Both the position numbers and the translations under genes were made by a program. The notes below the pieces were generated by a model that had not been told where the DNA came from, ran no database searches, and saw only the letters and a program-made list of their open reading frames with translations. Of a stretch of DNA of 64,000 bases, positions 18,501-27,556 are shown piece after piece (within the stretch, counting starts at the first letter, position 1; the number at the start of each line of letters is the position of its first letter). Source of the DNA: Myxococcota bacterium (lineage in GTDB: Bacteria; Myxococcota_A; UBA796; UBA2385). The DNA lies in contig JBIJDH010000004.1 of NCBI GenBank assembly GCA_044344255.1, forward strand, positions 352,001 through 416,000, written 5' to 3'.

Positions 18501-20962
18501 CGCTCGGCCTGCCGGTCGAGGACGACTATGTCGAACTGGGCACCACCTTCGACGGCACGCTCACCGTGGTCAGCGCCATCGGCGGCGCGGCGCCCCACGG
18601 TGCGCAGGCCGGCGAGGCCAGCGGCAGCAGCACCACCCTCCGCTTCGATGAGGTGCAGCCGGCCGTCGCCTTCTATGTGATCGACGGCGCGGGCGACTTC
18701 GACATCCAGGGCGAGGCCGAAGGGGTGCTCCTCTACGACTTCACCGTCGATCTCGCAGGGGAGGGCGTCGCAGGCGGGCGCTTCTTCGGGATGGTGTTTG
18801 ATTATGGTGTGGACACGCTCACCATCACGAACACGAACTCCGTCGATGACTGGGGCATCGACGACGTCACGTTCCACGTGCTCGGCCTCGATGACCACGA
18901 CGGCGACGGCTACTCGGAGGCCGAGGGGGACTGCGACGACACGAGCGCGGCGGTCGGCCCCACGGTCACCGAGGTGTATTACGACGGGGTGGACGCCGAC
19001 TGTGACGGGCAGAGCGACTACGACGCCGACGGAGACGGCTACGAGGCGATGACCGCCTTTGGGCTCGACTGCGACGACGCCGCCGTCACCACCAACCCCG
19101 CCGCCACCGAGGTGTACTACGATGGCGTGGACGCCGACTGCGACGGGCAGAGCGACTACGACGCCGACGGGGACGGCCACCTGTCCGAGGGCTACGGTGG
19201 CGACGACTGCGATGACGTCGACGCCGCCGTCAACCCGGAGGCCACCGAGGTGCCCTACGACGGCACCGATGACGACTGTGTCACCACCAACGACGATGAC
19301 GCCGATGGCGACGGTTATGCCGCCTCGGGCTTCCTCGGCGGGCTCTACGGCTCGGACGACTGCGACGACTCTACCGCGGCCATCGGGCCGGGCGTCGAGG
19401 ACGTCCCCTACGACGGCGTAGACTCGGACTGCTCCGGCACCTCGGACTACGACGCCGACGGCGACGGCTCCATCAGCGCCGCCTATGGTGGAGACGACTG
19501 CGCCGACACGCTGCCCTTGGTCTACCCCGGCGCTCCCGGCGAGCGCTGTTACGACGGGATCGACCAGGACTGTGACGGCGCGAGCGACTACGACTGCGAT
19601 CTGGACGGATACGAGTCCGAGACCTACGGCGGTGACGACTGCGACGACACCACCGACAGCGTCCACCCGGGCGTCGCTGATCCGGCGGGCGATGGCATTG
19701 ACAGCAACTGCGACGGACAGAAAGAGTTCGACGACGACCACGATGGGTACGACGACCTCCTCCGCGGCGGCGATGACTGTGACGACGGTGAGGTGAGCGT
19801 CAACCCCGGCGCGATCGAGGTCTACTACGACGGGCTCGATCAGGACTGCGACGGCGCCTCCGACTACGACGCGGACGCGGACGGCTACGACAGCGCCGCT
19901 TACGGCGGAGCGGACTGCGACGACGCCGATGGCTCTGTCCACCCGAGCGCGGGCGAGCTCTGGTACGATGGGGTCGACCAGGACTGTGACGGTCTGAATG
20001 ACCTCGATCAAGACGGCGACGGGTACGAAGCCGACTGGTACGGCGGCACCGACTGTGATGACGGCGACGCCGCTGTGCACCCGGGCGCCCTCGAGGCTGC
20101 CTACGACGGCGTCGACCAGGACTGCTCGGACGGCTCGGACTACGACAGCGACGGTGACGGTGAGGACAGCGAGCTGTACGGCGGCGCCGACTGCGACGAC
20201 GCGGACGGCACCATCTCGGCCGGCGCCTTCGAGATCCCCTTCGACGGGATTGATCAGGACTGTGATGGGCTGGACGGCGAGGACGGAGACGGCGACGGCT
20301 GGGCGGCCACTGATGACTGTGACGACGCCGACGCCCTCCGCCACCCCGGCGCGACCGACGCTTGCTACGACGGCGAGGACGCGGACTGTGGGGGCGGCAG
20401 CGATGACGACTGTGACGGGGACGGTGTCGACGACGCAGGCCAGGGCGGCGCTGACTGCGATGACGCGGACCCTGACGTCCTCCCGGGCGCCGCCGAGCGC
20501 TGGTACGACGGCGTGGATCAGGACTGTGATGGGGCCGATGACTTCGACCAGGACGGCGACGGGTACGCCTCGAGCACCTGGACGGGCACGGACTGCGACG
20601 ACACCCGCGCCGACGTCAACCCCGGCGTGCTGGCCGACGACTGCGACCGCGTCGATGCGGACTGCGACGGAGAGGTGGACGAGGACTGTCCGGCCGTCGA
20701 CACCGCCGCCCCGTCGGACTCCGGCGGTTCGGACGGGACAGACGGGACAGACGGGACAGACGGGACGGATGGGACAGACGGCACGGACGGCACCGACCCC
20801 AACGCGGACTGGGAGGCGCCGGTGGACGACACGAAGACCGACGGCGCGATGAAGGGCGGCTGCGCCCATGTCGGCGACACGGTCCCAGCGCCGGCTCGCC
20901 TCGCCGGTCTCCTGCTCGCCGGCGTCGCCCTGTTGGCCCGCCGGATCCGCGCTCGGGCCTGA
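15554..20962 (+). CDS. Large surface protein: FG-GAP/integrin-like propeller, many DCDD/YYDGxDxDCDG (MopE-type) repeats, MYXO-CTERM-like tail
   Basis: Signal peptide; repeats such as GDFDGDGYGDLAIASP; DCDD..P...E.YYDGVDQDCDG; tail KGGC...TM...RRIRARA. Confidence 0.85.
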   Translation: MLPSRRRARALAFLSASLLAPLALYAGSGGPDAGGLVYTDSDALDGPPHTTLDMSGATALGLADDGTTSLALPFSFEWYGATVSAVTVSNNGVLVFSGTVDAGLPVGLCPGSGGDWSGVSAFWDDWSAGAASYQTFGRYPHRALAVQWEGAHATAGGSGTVQAWLVEGRDEAVIVLDDVTFGSASVDGGASAMIGAQGTSGDGLPWSCGAVLADGSTAWFGQQSARPAAASRNVGDLGVPWYGEAVSQYAGQRLAGGDVDGDGTGDFLIGDQTTDTVYLITGGLGVAGAGLSAAASVLESSGATATNLGAGLALSDLDGDGADDIHIGAPDDSTAASSAGRVFVVQGGMVASRVSLPAEADLVLNGPTHAVSGYTRSAALYKRARAGKALAAGDFDGDGYGDLAIASPEEDSAAIDAGAVFLVFGNSGRFSSSSASLDSPDAVFVGENGGDQAGVSLAVGDADGDGMDDLLIAAPYYDDSATSANNVGRAYLINGGAWSGTEALSAFATATITGSKGSDELGWGLALGDLTGDSLPDLAVGAPYADDKAPSAGAVYVFSDTSTLGGDYDADLDRDVEINGEVSSTTTGAVLAAWDLDRDGTDDLVVSSPNDPSAISGGGSVAVFSALSSASMVLSDADHVVLGTTSAGALGTGLTVVADHQVDGFDDIILTAPYGTYDTITGAGITAVWSFVPDFPDLDADGFVSTAAGGLDCDDGDALAWPGNVEVAANLIDDDCDGWIDDAVIVRLTEDGWAYDIDAELGAGVSDTFDFESITLGDDASLYYASRGLELVASGSVVADTAVFGALPVGLLGGEVSAGSANALELRFGEDIEAISFHVLDPEAAFSVLAASGGTARIDGEILPSLSAANRSEGAFVGLTFAEPIDSLTLTGALTDAWGIDEIEVIWSSDTDSDGDGLSESGGDCDDSDPAVNPDATEDLTNSVDDDCDGVIDGGSLDTYTSAPVWEADADLEPEAIDFEGLTLGLPVEDDYVELGTTFDGTLTVVSAIGGAAPHGAQAGEASGSSTTLRFDEVQPAVAFYVIDGAGDFDIQGEAEGVLLYDFTVDLAGEGVAGGRFFGMVFDYGVDTLTITNTNSVDDWGIDDVTFHVLGLDDHDGDGYSEAEGDCDDTSAAVGPTVTEVYYDGVDADCDGQSDYDADGDGYEAMTAFGLDCDDAAVTTNPAATEVYYDGVDADCDGQSDYDADGDGHLSEGYGGDDCDDVDAAVNPEATEVPYDGTDDDCVTTNDDDADGDGYAASGFLGGLYGSDDCDDSTAAIGPGVEDVPYDGVDSDCSGTSDYDADGDGSISAAYGGDDCADTLPLVYPGAPGERCYDGIDQDCDGASDYDCDLDGYESETYGGDDCDDTTDSVHPGVADPAGDGIDSNCDGQKEFDDDHDGYDDLLRGGDDCDDGEVSVNPGAIEVYYDGLDQDCDGASDYDADADGYDSAAYGGADCDDADGSVHPSAGELWYDGVDQDCDGLNDLDQDGDGYEADWYGGTDCDDGDAAVHPGALEAAYDGVDQDCSDGSDYDSDGDGEDSELYGGADCDDADGTISAGAFEIPFDGIDQDCDGLDGEDGDGDGWAATDDCDDADALRHPGATDACYDGEDADCGGGSDDDCDGDGVDDAGQGGADCDDADPDVLPGAAERWYDGVDQDCDGADDFDQDGDGYASSTWTGTDCDDTRADVNPGVLADDCDRVDADCDGEVDEDCPAVDTAAPSDSGGSDGTDGTDGTDGTDGTDGTDGTDPNADWEAPVDDTKTDGAMKGGCAHVGDTVPAPARLAGLLLAGVALLARRIRARA
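20732..20796 (+). repeat. 9-nt tandem repeat encoding (DGT)7
   Basis: gacgggaca/gacggcacg units. Confidence 0.85.
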
Positions 20963-21021
20963 GGGCCCGCGCTCCGGGATCGGCCGGGCGAGCCGCTCGG
21001 TGGATGCGGGAGCGCAGGCGC

Positions 21022-21768
21022 TCAGTGGATCATGGGGTCCTCTTTGGGGCGCCAGCCGCGCCCCTTCGCGGGGGGACCCTCCCGCCCGCCCTGGATCACG
21101 CGAAGGTCCTGGTGGATTCGGTCATGGCGGCGCTTGAGGTACCATCGGCGGAGGCGGCTCTGTCGGCCCAGCGCGAGGGTCCACAGCCAGGCCCCTGCGA
21201 CAGCCCCCAGGCCCATCGATGCGCCCAGATCCCGCTCCAACAGCAGGATCAACGCCGCGAGGCCGGTGCCGGCCCAGGCGAACCACCTCGCTTGGATAGG
21301 GATCATAAAGTATAGGTTGATCTTGGCCTCTCCATGATTGAGCCCGAAGAGCACGAACCAGGCGAGGGTGAGCGGCCCGAGGCCGTAGAAGGCCGAGGTG
21401 CGCAGGAGCCCGAGGCCGTCGGCGAGGAAGGTGATCAGCCCCGCCGTCGCCATCAGGGTGACGCTCGGCAGGAGCAGCCCGCGCTTGCCGTAGTCCTGCT
21501 CCATCAAGGGGAGGGCGAAGTAGACGCCCAACCAGGTGAGCAGCGGAGGGAGGTGCTGCGGCTGGTTGGTCAGCCAGGCGGTCAGCGGCTGCCAGGGCTG
21601 GAATTTGTCGGTCGCGAGAGACCACCAGGCGAGCTCAGCGGTGGAGTCGAACTCGAAGAGGGTCGCGGCCAGCACCTGAGCCCCGTAGAGCGCGAGGAGC
21701 GCGATCAGCACGCGCTTGGTGAGGGGGGTCATCCGGCCGCCGAAGCGGTTGTCGGAGAGCGTCTGCAT
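21022..21768 (-). CDS. Rhomboid-like (DUF1751-type) membrane protein, catalytic residues apparently absent
   Basis: FQPWQPLTAW (rhomboid WR-loop region), INLYFMIPIQARW, C-terminal LRVIQGG...IH; GxS appears as GLG and AHLGG as MGLGA. Confidence 0.65.
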   Translation of the reverse strand: MQTLSDNRFGGRMTPLTKRVLIALLALYGAQVLAATLFEFDSTAELAWWSLATDKFQPWQPLTAWLTNQPQHLPPLLTWLGVYFALPLMEQDYGKRGLLLPSVTLMATAGLITFLADGLGLLRTSAFYGLGPLTLAWFVLFGLNHGEAKINLYFMIPIQARWFAWAGTGLAALILLLERDLGASMGLGAVAGAWLWTLALGRQSRLRRWYLKRRHDRIHQDLRVIQGGREGPPAKGRGWRPKEDPMIH

Positions 21769-21825
21769 GGTGGTTCCGGGCGGGGAGGCGTGCTCGGGGA
21801 TAACCAGGAGCCCTTCGGATGGGAA

Positions 21826-22683
21826 ATGAACGTCCCCCGCTCTCCTGGTCCGCCTCGGTCTCGGGTCCGCCTGCTGTCGGGCGCCATCGGCCTGCTCTTC
21901 GCGGTCGGGTGGGCCTCTTCGGCCCAAGCGCACCCCTTCGGGAGCGGCTTCGCGGCCCATGAGCTCGACGTCTGGCTGTCCGCGGACACGCTACACCTCC
22001 GCTACCAAGCCGAGATCCCGACCCAGGCATTGCTCGCTGAGCTGAGGGTGGCCCTGCGGGAGGCGGGCGCGCGGGGCCCTCTGCAGGAGGCCGCCTTCGT
22101 CCAGGTGAAGCTCGATGAGCTCGAGGGGGGCCTCCGGGTCCTCGTCGATGGTGCGCCCCTCGCCCTCGCGCGCCTGCCAGGCCCGCCGGGGAACGGGAAG
22201 GGCGACGCCCGCTTCATCCGCTACTCCATCGAGGCGGAGGCCCCTTTGCCCGCGGGCGCTCGCACGCTCACGGTGGTGAACGGGAACTACCCGGACGGGG
22301 ACGCCCTCTTCAGCAGCCGCCTCTGGGTCTCTGCCGACGTCCGCCTCGACGAGACCACGCTCCTCGACGTGGAGGGCGGGCAGATCCGCGCCGATCGGAG
22401 CGGGCAGTGGCGGGCGGACGAGGCGAGCCGCGAGCTTCGCGCCTCGTTCTACCTCTACGAAGGTCGCGTCGCCCCTGTCCGCCGTCAGCTCCAGCGCCTG
22501 GAGGCGCCGGACGAATCGGACTACAGAGAGGCGGGGTCGGCTTGGCGGGCGGCCCGCTCGAGCGTCCTCTTCCGCCTGCTCGGCGCCCGCCCCGGCCTCG
22601 CCCTCTCCGTCTCGCTCCCGATCCTGCTCTCGCTCCTCTGGGGCCTACGGCGACGCGCTGTCGGTCCGGCCGGCGTCCGCTGA
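21826..22683 (+). CDS. Exported protein with N-terminal His after the signal peptide and a C-terminal TM (resembles nickel/metal-transporter accessory domains)
   Basis: Signal ...ASSAQA-HPFG; C-terminal TM followed by RRR. Confidence 0.55.
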   Translation: MNVPRSPGPPRSRVRLLSGAIGLLFAVGWASSAQAHPFGSGFAAHELDVWLSADTLHLRYQAEIPTQALLAELRVALREAGARGPLQEAAFVQVKLDELEGGLRVLVDGAPLALARLPGPPGNGKGDARFIRYSIEAEAPLPAGARTLTVVNGNYPDGDALFSSRLWVSADVRLDETTLLDVEGGQIRADRSGQWRADEASRELRASFYLYEGRVAPVRRQLQRLEAPDESDYREAGSAWRAARSSVLFRLLGARPGLALSVSLPILLSLLWGLRRRAVGPAGVR

Positions 22684-22727
22684 GGCGGGGGCCTCGTGGA
22701 GGCCCGCGGCTCGAACACAGGTGCAGC

Positions 22728-23453
22728 ATGACCGAGATGGACCACGATCACCACCCCTCCGCTTCGGAGCACCGCTCCCTCGGCCACGGGGGCCTGCGGG
22801 CCGGCGTCTTCGGGGCCAGCGACGGCCTCGTGTCCAATATGGCGCTCGTGCTCGGCGTCGCCAGCGCCACACCCGACGCTGGGTTGGTGGTGCTGGCCGG
22901 GGTCGCGGGCCTGCTGGCCGGCGCCTTCTCGATGGCGGCGGGGGAGTGGATCTCCGTGAAGGCCCAGCGGGAGGCGCTCGAGCGGGAGCTTCAGATGGAG
23001 AAGGACCACCTCGAGCGGTACCCCGAGGCGGAGCGGGCCCACCTGATGAGCGTGCTGGCCAAGGCTGGCCTCTCCCAGGGCGTGAGCGCGGCCGTCGTGG
23101 CGGAGCTCTCGCTCCAGCCGCACGTCAACCTCGACTTTCACGCGCGGATGGAGCTCGGCATCGATCCGAGCGAGCTCGGCAGCCCCCTCGTCGCCGCCGG
23201 CACCTCCTTCGTCGCCTTCTCGGTGGGGGCGCTCGTCCCGCTCGTGCCCTGGCTGCTCCCGATCGGGGACGCGGCCTTGCCGGCGACGCTCTTGGTCTCT
23301 TGCCTCGCGCTGTTCGGCGTCGGCGCGGCGCTGGCCCTCTTCACCTCCCGCCCCTGGGTGCTCTCCGGCCTCCGTCAGCTCCTCATTGGGGCCGCGGCCA
23401 CGGCCGTGACGATGCTGGTCAGCCGCGCGGTCGGCGGTGTCGCGCTGGGCTGA
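22728..23453 (+). CDS. VIT1/CCC1-family Fe/Mn transporter
   Basis: LRAGVFGASDGLVSN, AGAFSMAAGEWISV, ELGIDP..LGSP; His-rich N-terminus. Confidence 0.92.
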   Translation: MTEMDHDHHPSASEHRSLGHGGLRAGVFGASDGLVSNMALVLGVASATPDAGLVVLAGVAGLLAGAFSMAAGEWISVKAQREALERELQMEKDHLERYPEAERAHLMSVLAKAGLSQGVSAAVVAELSLQPHVNLDFHARMELGIDPSELGSPLVAAGTSFVAFSVGALVPLVPWLLPIGDAALPATLLVSCLALFGVGAALALFTSRPWVLSGLRQLLIGAAATAVTMLVSRAVGGVALG

Positions 23454-23456
23454 GCG

Positions 23457-23494
23457 CTGATATTCTTGACAGGGGTAAGGATGTTCAGTAAGAG
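23457..23494 (+). promoter_or_regulatory. lexA promoter with overlapping candidate SOS boxes
   Basis: TTGACA (23466-71)-N17-TAAGAG; CTG-N10-CAG at 23457-23472; GTTCAG half-site at 23483-88. Confidence 0.6.
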
Positions 23495-23512
23495 GGCCAG
23501 ACAGGAGCCCCC

Positions 23513-24235
23513 ATGCCCCGCTTGCCCAACCCGCCCGCCGCTCCGCTGAGCGAGCCCCGGTCTTCCACGGTCCGAGGGGCGTCCGGCCCCGACACCGGCC
23601 CCACCGACGACACGTCTGATCTGTCGCCTCGGCAGCGGGACGTGCTCTCCTGCATCACCAACGCCTTGGATCAGCGGGGCATCCCGCCCACCTACCGTGA
23701 GATCGGCGACGCCCTCGGCATCTCGTCGACCAACGGGGTGGCTGACCACATGAAGGCGCTGGAGAAGAAGGGCTACCTCCGCAAGGTGGCGGACGGCGCC
23801 GCGCGGGGCATCCAGCTCACCGCCAAGGCCGGCCCCGTGCGCCGGGGCGAGACGGTGAGCATCCCCCTCGTGGGCGTGGTGGCGGCCGGAACCCCCATCC
23901 TCGCCGAAGAGAACCACGAGCGGAACCTCCACTTTGACGCCTCCCTGTTTCGCACCGCGGGGCCCCTCTACGCCCTCAAGGTTCGGGGAGACTCCATGAT
24001 CGAGGAGGGCATCCTCGACGGCGACACCGTGCTCGTCCGCCAGCAGAGCCTGGGGCGGAACGGCGACATCGTGGTGGCCTTGGTCGATAACGAGGCCACC
24101 GTGAAGTTCTACTTTCACGAGGGGCACCGCATTCGCCTGCAGCCGGCCCACCCCACGATGGCGCCGATCTATGTCAACCCGACCCAGAACGCCCTCATCC
24201 AGGGCGTCGTGATCGGGCTCTTCCGCCAGTACTGA
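23513..24235 (+). CDS. lexA: SOS repressor LexA
   Basis: LSPRQ, PPTYREIG, STNGVADHMKALEKKGYL, VAAG cleavage site, VRGDSM (Ser), EATVK (Lys). Confidence 0.95.
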   Translation: MPRLPNPPAAPLSEPRSSTVRGASGPDTGPTDDTSDLSPRQRDVLSCITNALDQRGIPPTYREIGDALGISSTNGVADHMKALEKKGYLRKVADGAARGIQLTAKAGPVRRGETVSIPLVGVVAAGTPILAEENHERNLHFDASLFRTAGPLYALKVRGDSMIEEGILDGDTVLVRQQSLGRNGDIVVALVDNEATVKFYFHEGHRIRLQPAHPTMAPIYVNPTQNALIQGVVIGLFRQY

Positions 24236-24262
24236 GCGGGGCCCGCGCGCCGTTGGGGCGCT

Positions 24263-27200
24263 TCAGATCGACTCGGAGCTGTCGTAGCCGTCGGCGCACA
24301 GGGCGTCGCCGGCGTCGATCTGTCCGTCGAGGTCGTTGTCGCGGCCGTCGTTGCAGGCCGCGGCGCCGAAGCCCCCCACCTCCAGCGTCGTGGCGATGGT
24401 GGGGCAGTCTGGATCGTCGAGATCGGGCCAGCCATCGCTGTCGTTGTCGAGGCCATCGTTACACTCGGTGAGCGGGTCCACCTCGTCCGTGTCCAGGGCC
24501 GCCTCGCAGCCGAGGTCGAGGCGGTCTGTGAGGCCATCGCCGTCGTTGTCAACGCCGTCGTTGCAGGCGGTGGCGCCGTAGCCGTCCCCCTCGATGGCGC
24601 CGGAGCTGCTGGCGCAGGTGGGGTCTAGGGTGTCGGTCCAGCCGTCGCCGTCATTGTCGAGCCCGTCGCCGCACTCGGGCACGCGGGCCTCGTCGTCGCC
24701 GAAGGCGCTCGTGCAGCCCGGGTCGGAGGCGTCGATCTGACCGTCGCCGTCGTCGTCGATGCCGTCGTTACACTCGAAGGCCGTGTTCCAGCCGCTCTCG
24801 AGCCCGAGGTCGCCGCAGTCGGGGTCGGCGTCGTCGATCCAGCCATCGCCGTCGTCGTCGATGCCGTCGGCGCAGGCCCGCCGCCCGCGGGCCTCGACGG
24901 TGTCCCACGCGCCCTCGCAGTCGGGGTCGAGGGCGTCGGTGAGGCCATCGTGGTCGTCGTCGAGGCCGTCGTTACACTCGGCCAGGCCAAGGCCGGCCTC
25001 GGCGGCGAGCGCGGTGCAGTCGGGGTCCTCGTCGTCGGCCCAGCCATCGCCGTCGTTGTCTACGCCGTCCGCGCAGGCGGCGCCGACATCGACCTCCTCG
25101 GGGTCGAAGGCGGAGGCGCAGCCGGCGTCCTGGTCGTCTACGAGGCTGTCACCGTCGGTGTCCACGCCGTCGTTGCAGGCCGCTGCCGTGAAGCCGACCT
25201 CGTGGTCGCCGAGGAGGCAGTCCGGGTCATCCTGGTCGGTCCAGCCATCGGCGTCCTCGTCGACGCCGTCCGCGCAGCCGCCGCCGCTACCTTCGCGGTT
25301 GTCGAGGCCGGACTCGCAGCCCCCGTCGGCCTCGTCGATGCGGCCGTCGAGGTCGTCGTCGAGGCCATTGTTGCAGTGGACCTCGGACAGCCCACCCTCG
25401 TCTCCGCCGCCGCGGCAGTCGGGGTCGAGGGTGTCCCCCCAGCCGTCCCCGTCGTCGTCCAGGCCGTCTAAGCAGCTCGGGCTCGGCCCCACCTCGTCGC
25501 TGTCGAAGCCGTCGTCGCAGTCGGGGTCGAGAGCGTCGGTGAGGCCGTCGCTGTCGTCGTCGTCGCCGTCGTTGCAGGCGAGGGGGCTGTAGCCCACCTC
25601 AGCGCCGTAGAGCGCGCAGTCGGGGTCGGCCTCGTCGGTCCACCCGTCCTCATCGTCGTCCTGGCCATCCTCGCAGGAGGTGAGGGCCGTGGACTCGTCG
25701 TCGTCCCAGGGGGTCGAGCAGCCCGGATCGAGGGCGTCGAGCAGGGTGTCGCCGTCGCTGTCGACGCCGTCGTTACAGGCGAAGGCGCTGAGGCCGAGCT
25801 CGGCCTCGCCCTGGAGGCAGTCGAGGTCCAGGAGGTCAACCCAGCCGTCGCTGTCGTCGTCGATGCCGTTCTCGCACGCGGCGGCCTCTTCGGCGTCGGC
25901 GCTCGTACACTGCCGGTCGAGGCTGTCGATTCCGCCGTCGCCGTCGTCGTCGACGCCGTCGTTACAGCTGCCGGCGCCGAAGCCGAGCTCGTCGCTGTCG
26001 GTCGCGCAGTCGGGGTCGGCGCTGTCGATCCAGCCGTCGCCATCGTCGTCGACGCCGTCCACGCAGGCCTCGGCCTCGGAGGTGTCGAGGGCGCTGTCGC
26101 AGCGGGTGTCTGCGCCGTCGAGCGATCCGTCGCCGTCGTTGTCGAGTCCGTCGTTGCAGGCGGTCGGGCCCTGGCCGAGCTCGAGCTCACCCTCCGCGCA
26201 GTCGGGATCGAGTTCGTCGACCCAGCCGTCGCCGTCGTCGTCGAGCTCGTCAGCGCAGGAGGGGGACTCCGCGCCATCTTCTGCGTTCGCGCAGTCGAGA
26301 TCGAAGGCGTCGGCCTCCCCGTCGCCGTCATTGTCCAGGCCGTCGTTACACGCCGAGCCCTCCGAGAAGGGGCGCTCGTCGGCCCCGGTGGGGTCTCCCT
26401 CACAGCCCGGATCCTCGAGGTCGAGCCAGCCGTCGCCGTCATTGTCGAGGCCGTCCTCGCAGGCGGCGATCTCGCTGTCGACCCAGCCCGCGTAGCAGGC
26501 CCCGTCGGCGCGATCGGTGTCCCCGTCGGAGTCGTTGTCGAGGCCGTCGTTGCAGGCGAAGGGAGAGGTGGGGGCCACCTCGTCTTGCAGCGTGAGGCAG
26601 TCGGGGTCATCCGCGTCGACCCAGCCGTCGCCGTCGTTGTCGGCGCCGTCGTCGCAGCCTCGGGCCGCCTCCTGGTCGTCGGTCGCGCCGGTGCAATTCG
26701 GATCATCGGCGTCGGCCGAGCCGTCGAGGTCGTTGTCGAGGCCGTCGTTACACTCGGCGGCGCCGAAGCCCACCTCGTCGCCGTCTGCGCAGTCGGGATC
26801 GGCCTCGTCGGCCCAGCCGTCGGCGTCGTTGTCGAGGCCGTCGGCGCAGGGCTGGAGCTCGGCGGTGGTCGTGGCGGAGGCGCAGTCCGGGTCGAGCGCG
26901 TCGACCGTGCCGTCGGCGTCGTTGTCGAGGCCGTCGTTACACTCCCCTCCGGTGGCGCCGAGCTCCTCCTCGCCGTCGGCGCAGTCGGGGTCCTCGGCGT
27001 CGATCCAGCCGTCGCCGTCGCCGTCGCGCCCGTCCGAGCAGTCGGAGACCGGGGCGTTGAGCAGGCCGATGGCGAGGTGGTAGCTCGGGACCTTGTCCGC
27101 CTCAAAGGTGAGGGGGCCGAGCGTGATCGAGCGGGAGGTCTCGACGCTGCCCTGGTAGCCGTGGGCGGTGACGGTGAAGTCGCTGCCGTTGTCCCCGGCC

Positions 27201-27556
27201 AGCAGCTCGAGGGTCGGGAGCTCGCCGTCGTAGGTCGGGGAGAGCTCGATCCCCAGCTCGAGCTCGGTGTCGCTCGGCTCGTAGTCCTCGAGGCGTCGCC
27301 CTGCGGTGAGCTCGCCCACCGGCAACGGCGCGCCGGCGTCGTCGAGGTAGGGGGCCTCGGGATCGATGATGATGAGCAGGTGATCCGCTTCGGCGCTGAT
27401 CGCGCCGGCGTCGCCGGTGAGGACGATCTGGATCCCGGTGCGGGCGACCGGCCCCCCACAGCCTGCGAGGAGGAGGGCGAGCGCGAGCAGGGGGGAGGAC
27501 GCGGCGGTCGTTGAACCTGTCTTCACGGCAGCGTCCTTCATGGCAGCGTCCTTCAT
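24263..27556 (-). CDS. Lipoprotein with 28 Cys/Asp-rich CxDGxDNDGDGxxDxxDPxC repeats
   Basis: Lipobox LLAGC; strictly repetitive C-terminal ~930 aa. Confidence 0.85.
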   Translation of the reverse strand: MKDAAMKDAAVKTGSTTAASSPLLALALLLAGCGGPVARTGIQIVLTGDAGAISAEADHLLIIIDPEAPYLDDAGAPLPVGELTAGRRLEDYEPSDTELELGIELSPTYDGELPTLELLAGDNGSDFTVTAHGYQGSVETSRSITLGPLTFEADKVPSYHLAIGLLNAPVSDCSDGRDGDGDGWIDAEDPDCADGEEELGATGGECNDGLDNDADGTVDALDPDCASATTTAELQPCADGLDNDADGWADEADPDCADGDEVGFGAAECNDGLDNDLDGSADADDPNCTGATDDQEAARGCDDGADNDGDGWVDADDPDCLTLQDEVAPTSPFACNDGLDNDSDGDTDRADGACYAGWVDSEIAACEDGLDNDGDGWLDLEDPGCEGDPTGADERPFSEGSACNDGLDNDGDGEADAFDLDCANAEDGAESPSCADELDDDGDGWVDELDPDCAEGELELGQGPTACNDGLDNDGDGSLDGADTRCDSALDTSEAEACVDGVDDDGDGWIDSADPDCATDSDELGFGAGSCNDGVDDDGDGGIDSLDRQCTSADAEEAAACENGIDDDSDGWVDLLDLDCLQGEAELGLSAFACNDGVDSDGDTLLDALDPGCSTPWDDDESTALTSCEDGQDDDEDGWTDEADPDCALYGAEVGYSPLACNDGDDDDSDGLTDALDPDCDDGFDSDEVGPSPSCLDGLDDDGDGWGDTLDPDCRGGGDEGGLSEVHCNNGLDDDLDGRIDEADGGCESGLDNREGSGGGCADGVDEDADGWTDQDDPDCLLGDHEVGFTAAACNDGVDTDGDSLVDDQDAGCASAFDPEEVDVGAACADGVDNDGDGWADDEDPDCTALAAEAGLGLAECNDGLDDDHDGLTDALDPDCEGAWDTVEARGRRACADGIDDDGDGWIDDADPDCGDLGLESGWNTAFECNDGIDDDGDGQIDASDPGCTSAFGDDEARVPECGDGLDNDGDGWTDTLDPTCASSSGAIEGDGYGATACNDGVDNDGDGLTDRLDLGCEAALDTDEVDPLTECNDGLDNDSDGWPDLDDPDCPTIATTLEVGGFGAAACNDGRDNDLDGQIDAGDALCADGYDSSESI

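Noticed and set aside
17426..20869. 1147-aa minus-strand ORF
   Set aside because: Antisense shadow of the repeat-rich surface gene, caused by high-GC codon bias
24263..27045. CRISPR array or DNA-level repeat element
   Set aside because: Repeats are degenerate at third codon positions and conserved at protein level; no identical repeats with unique spacers and no cas genes
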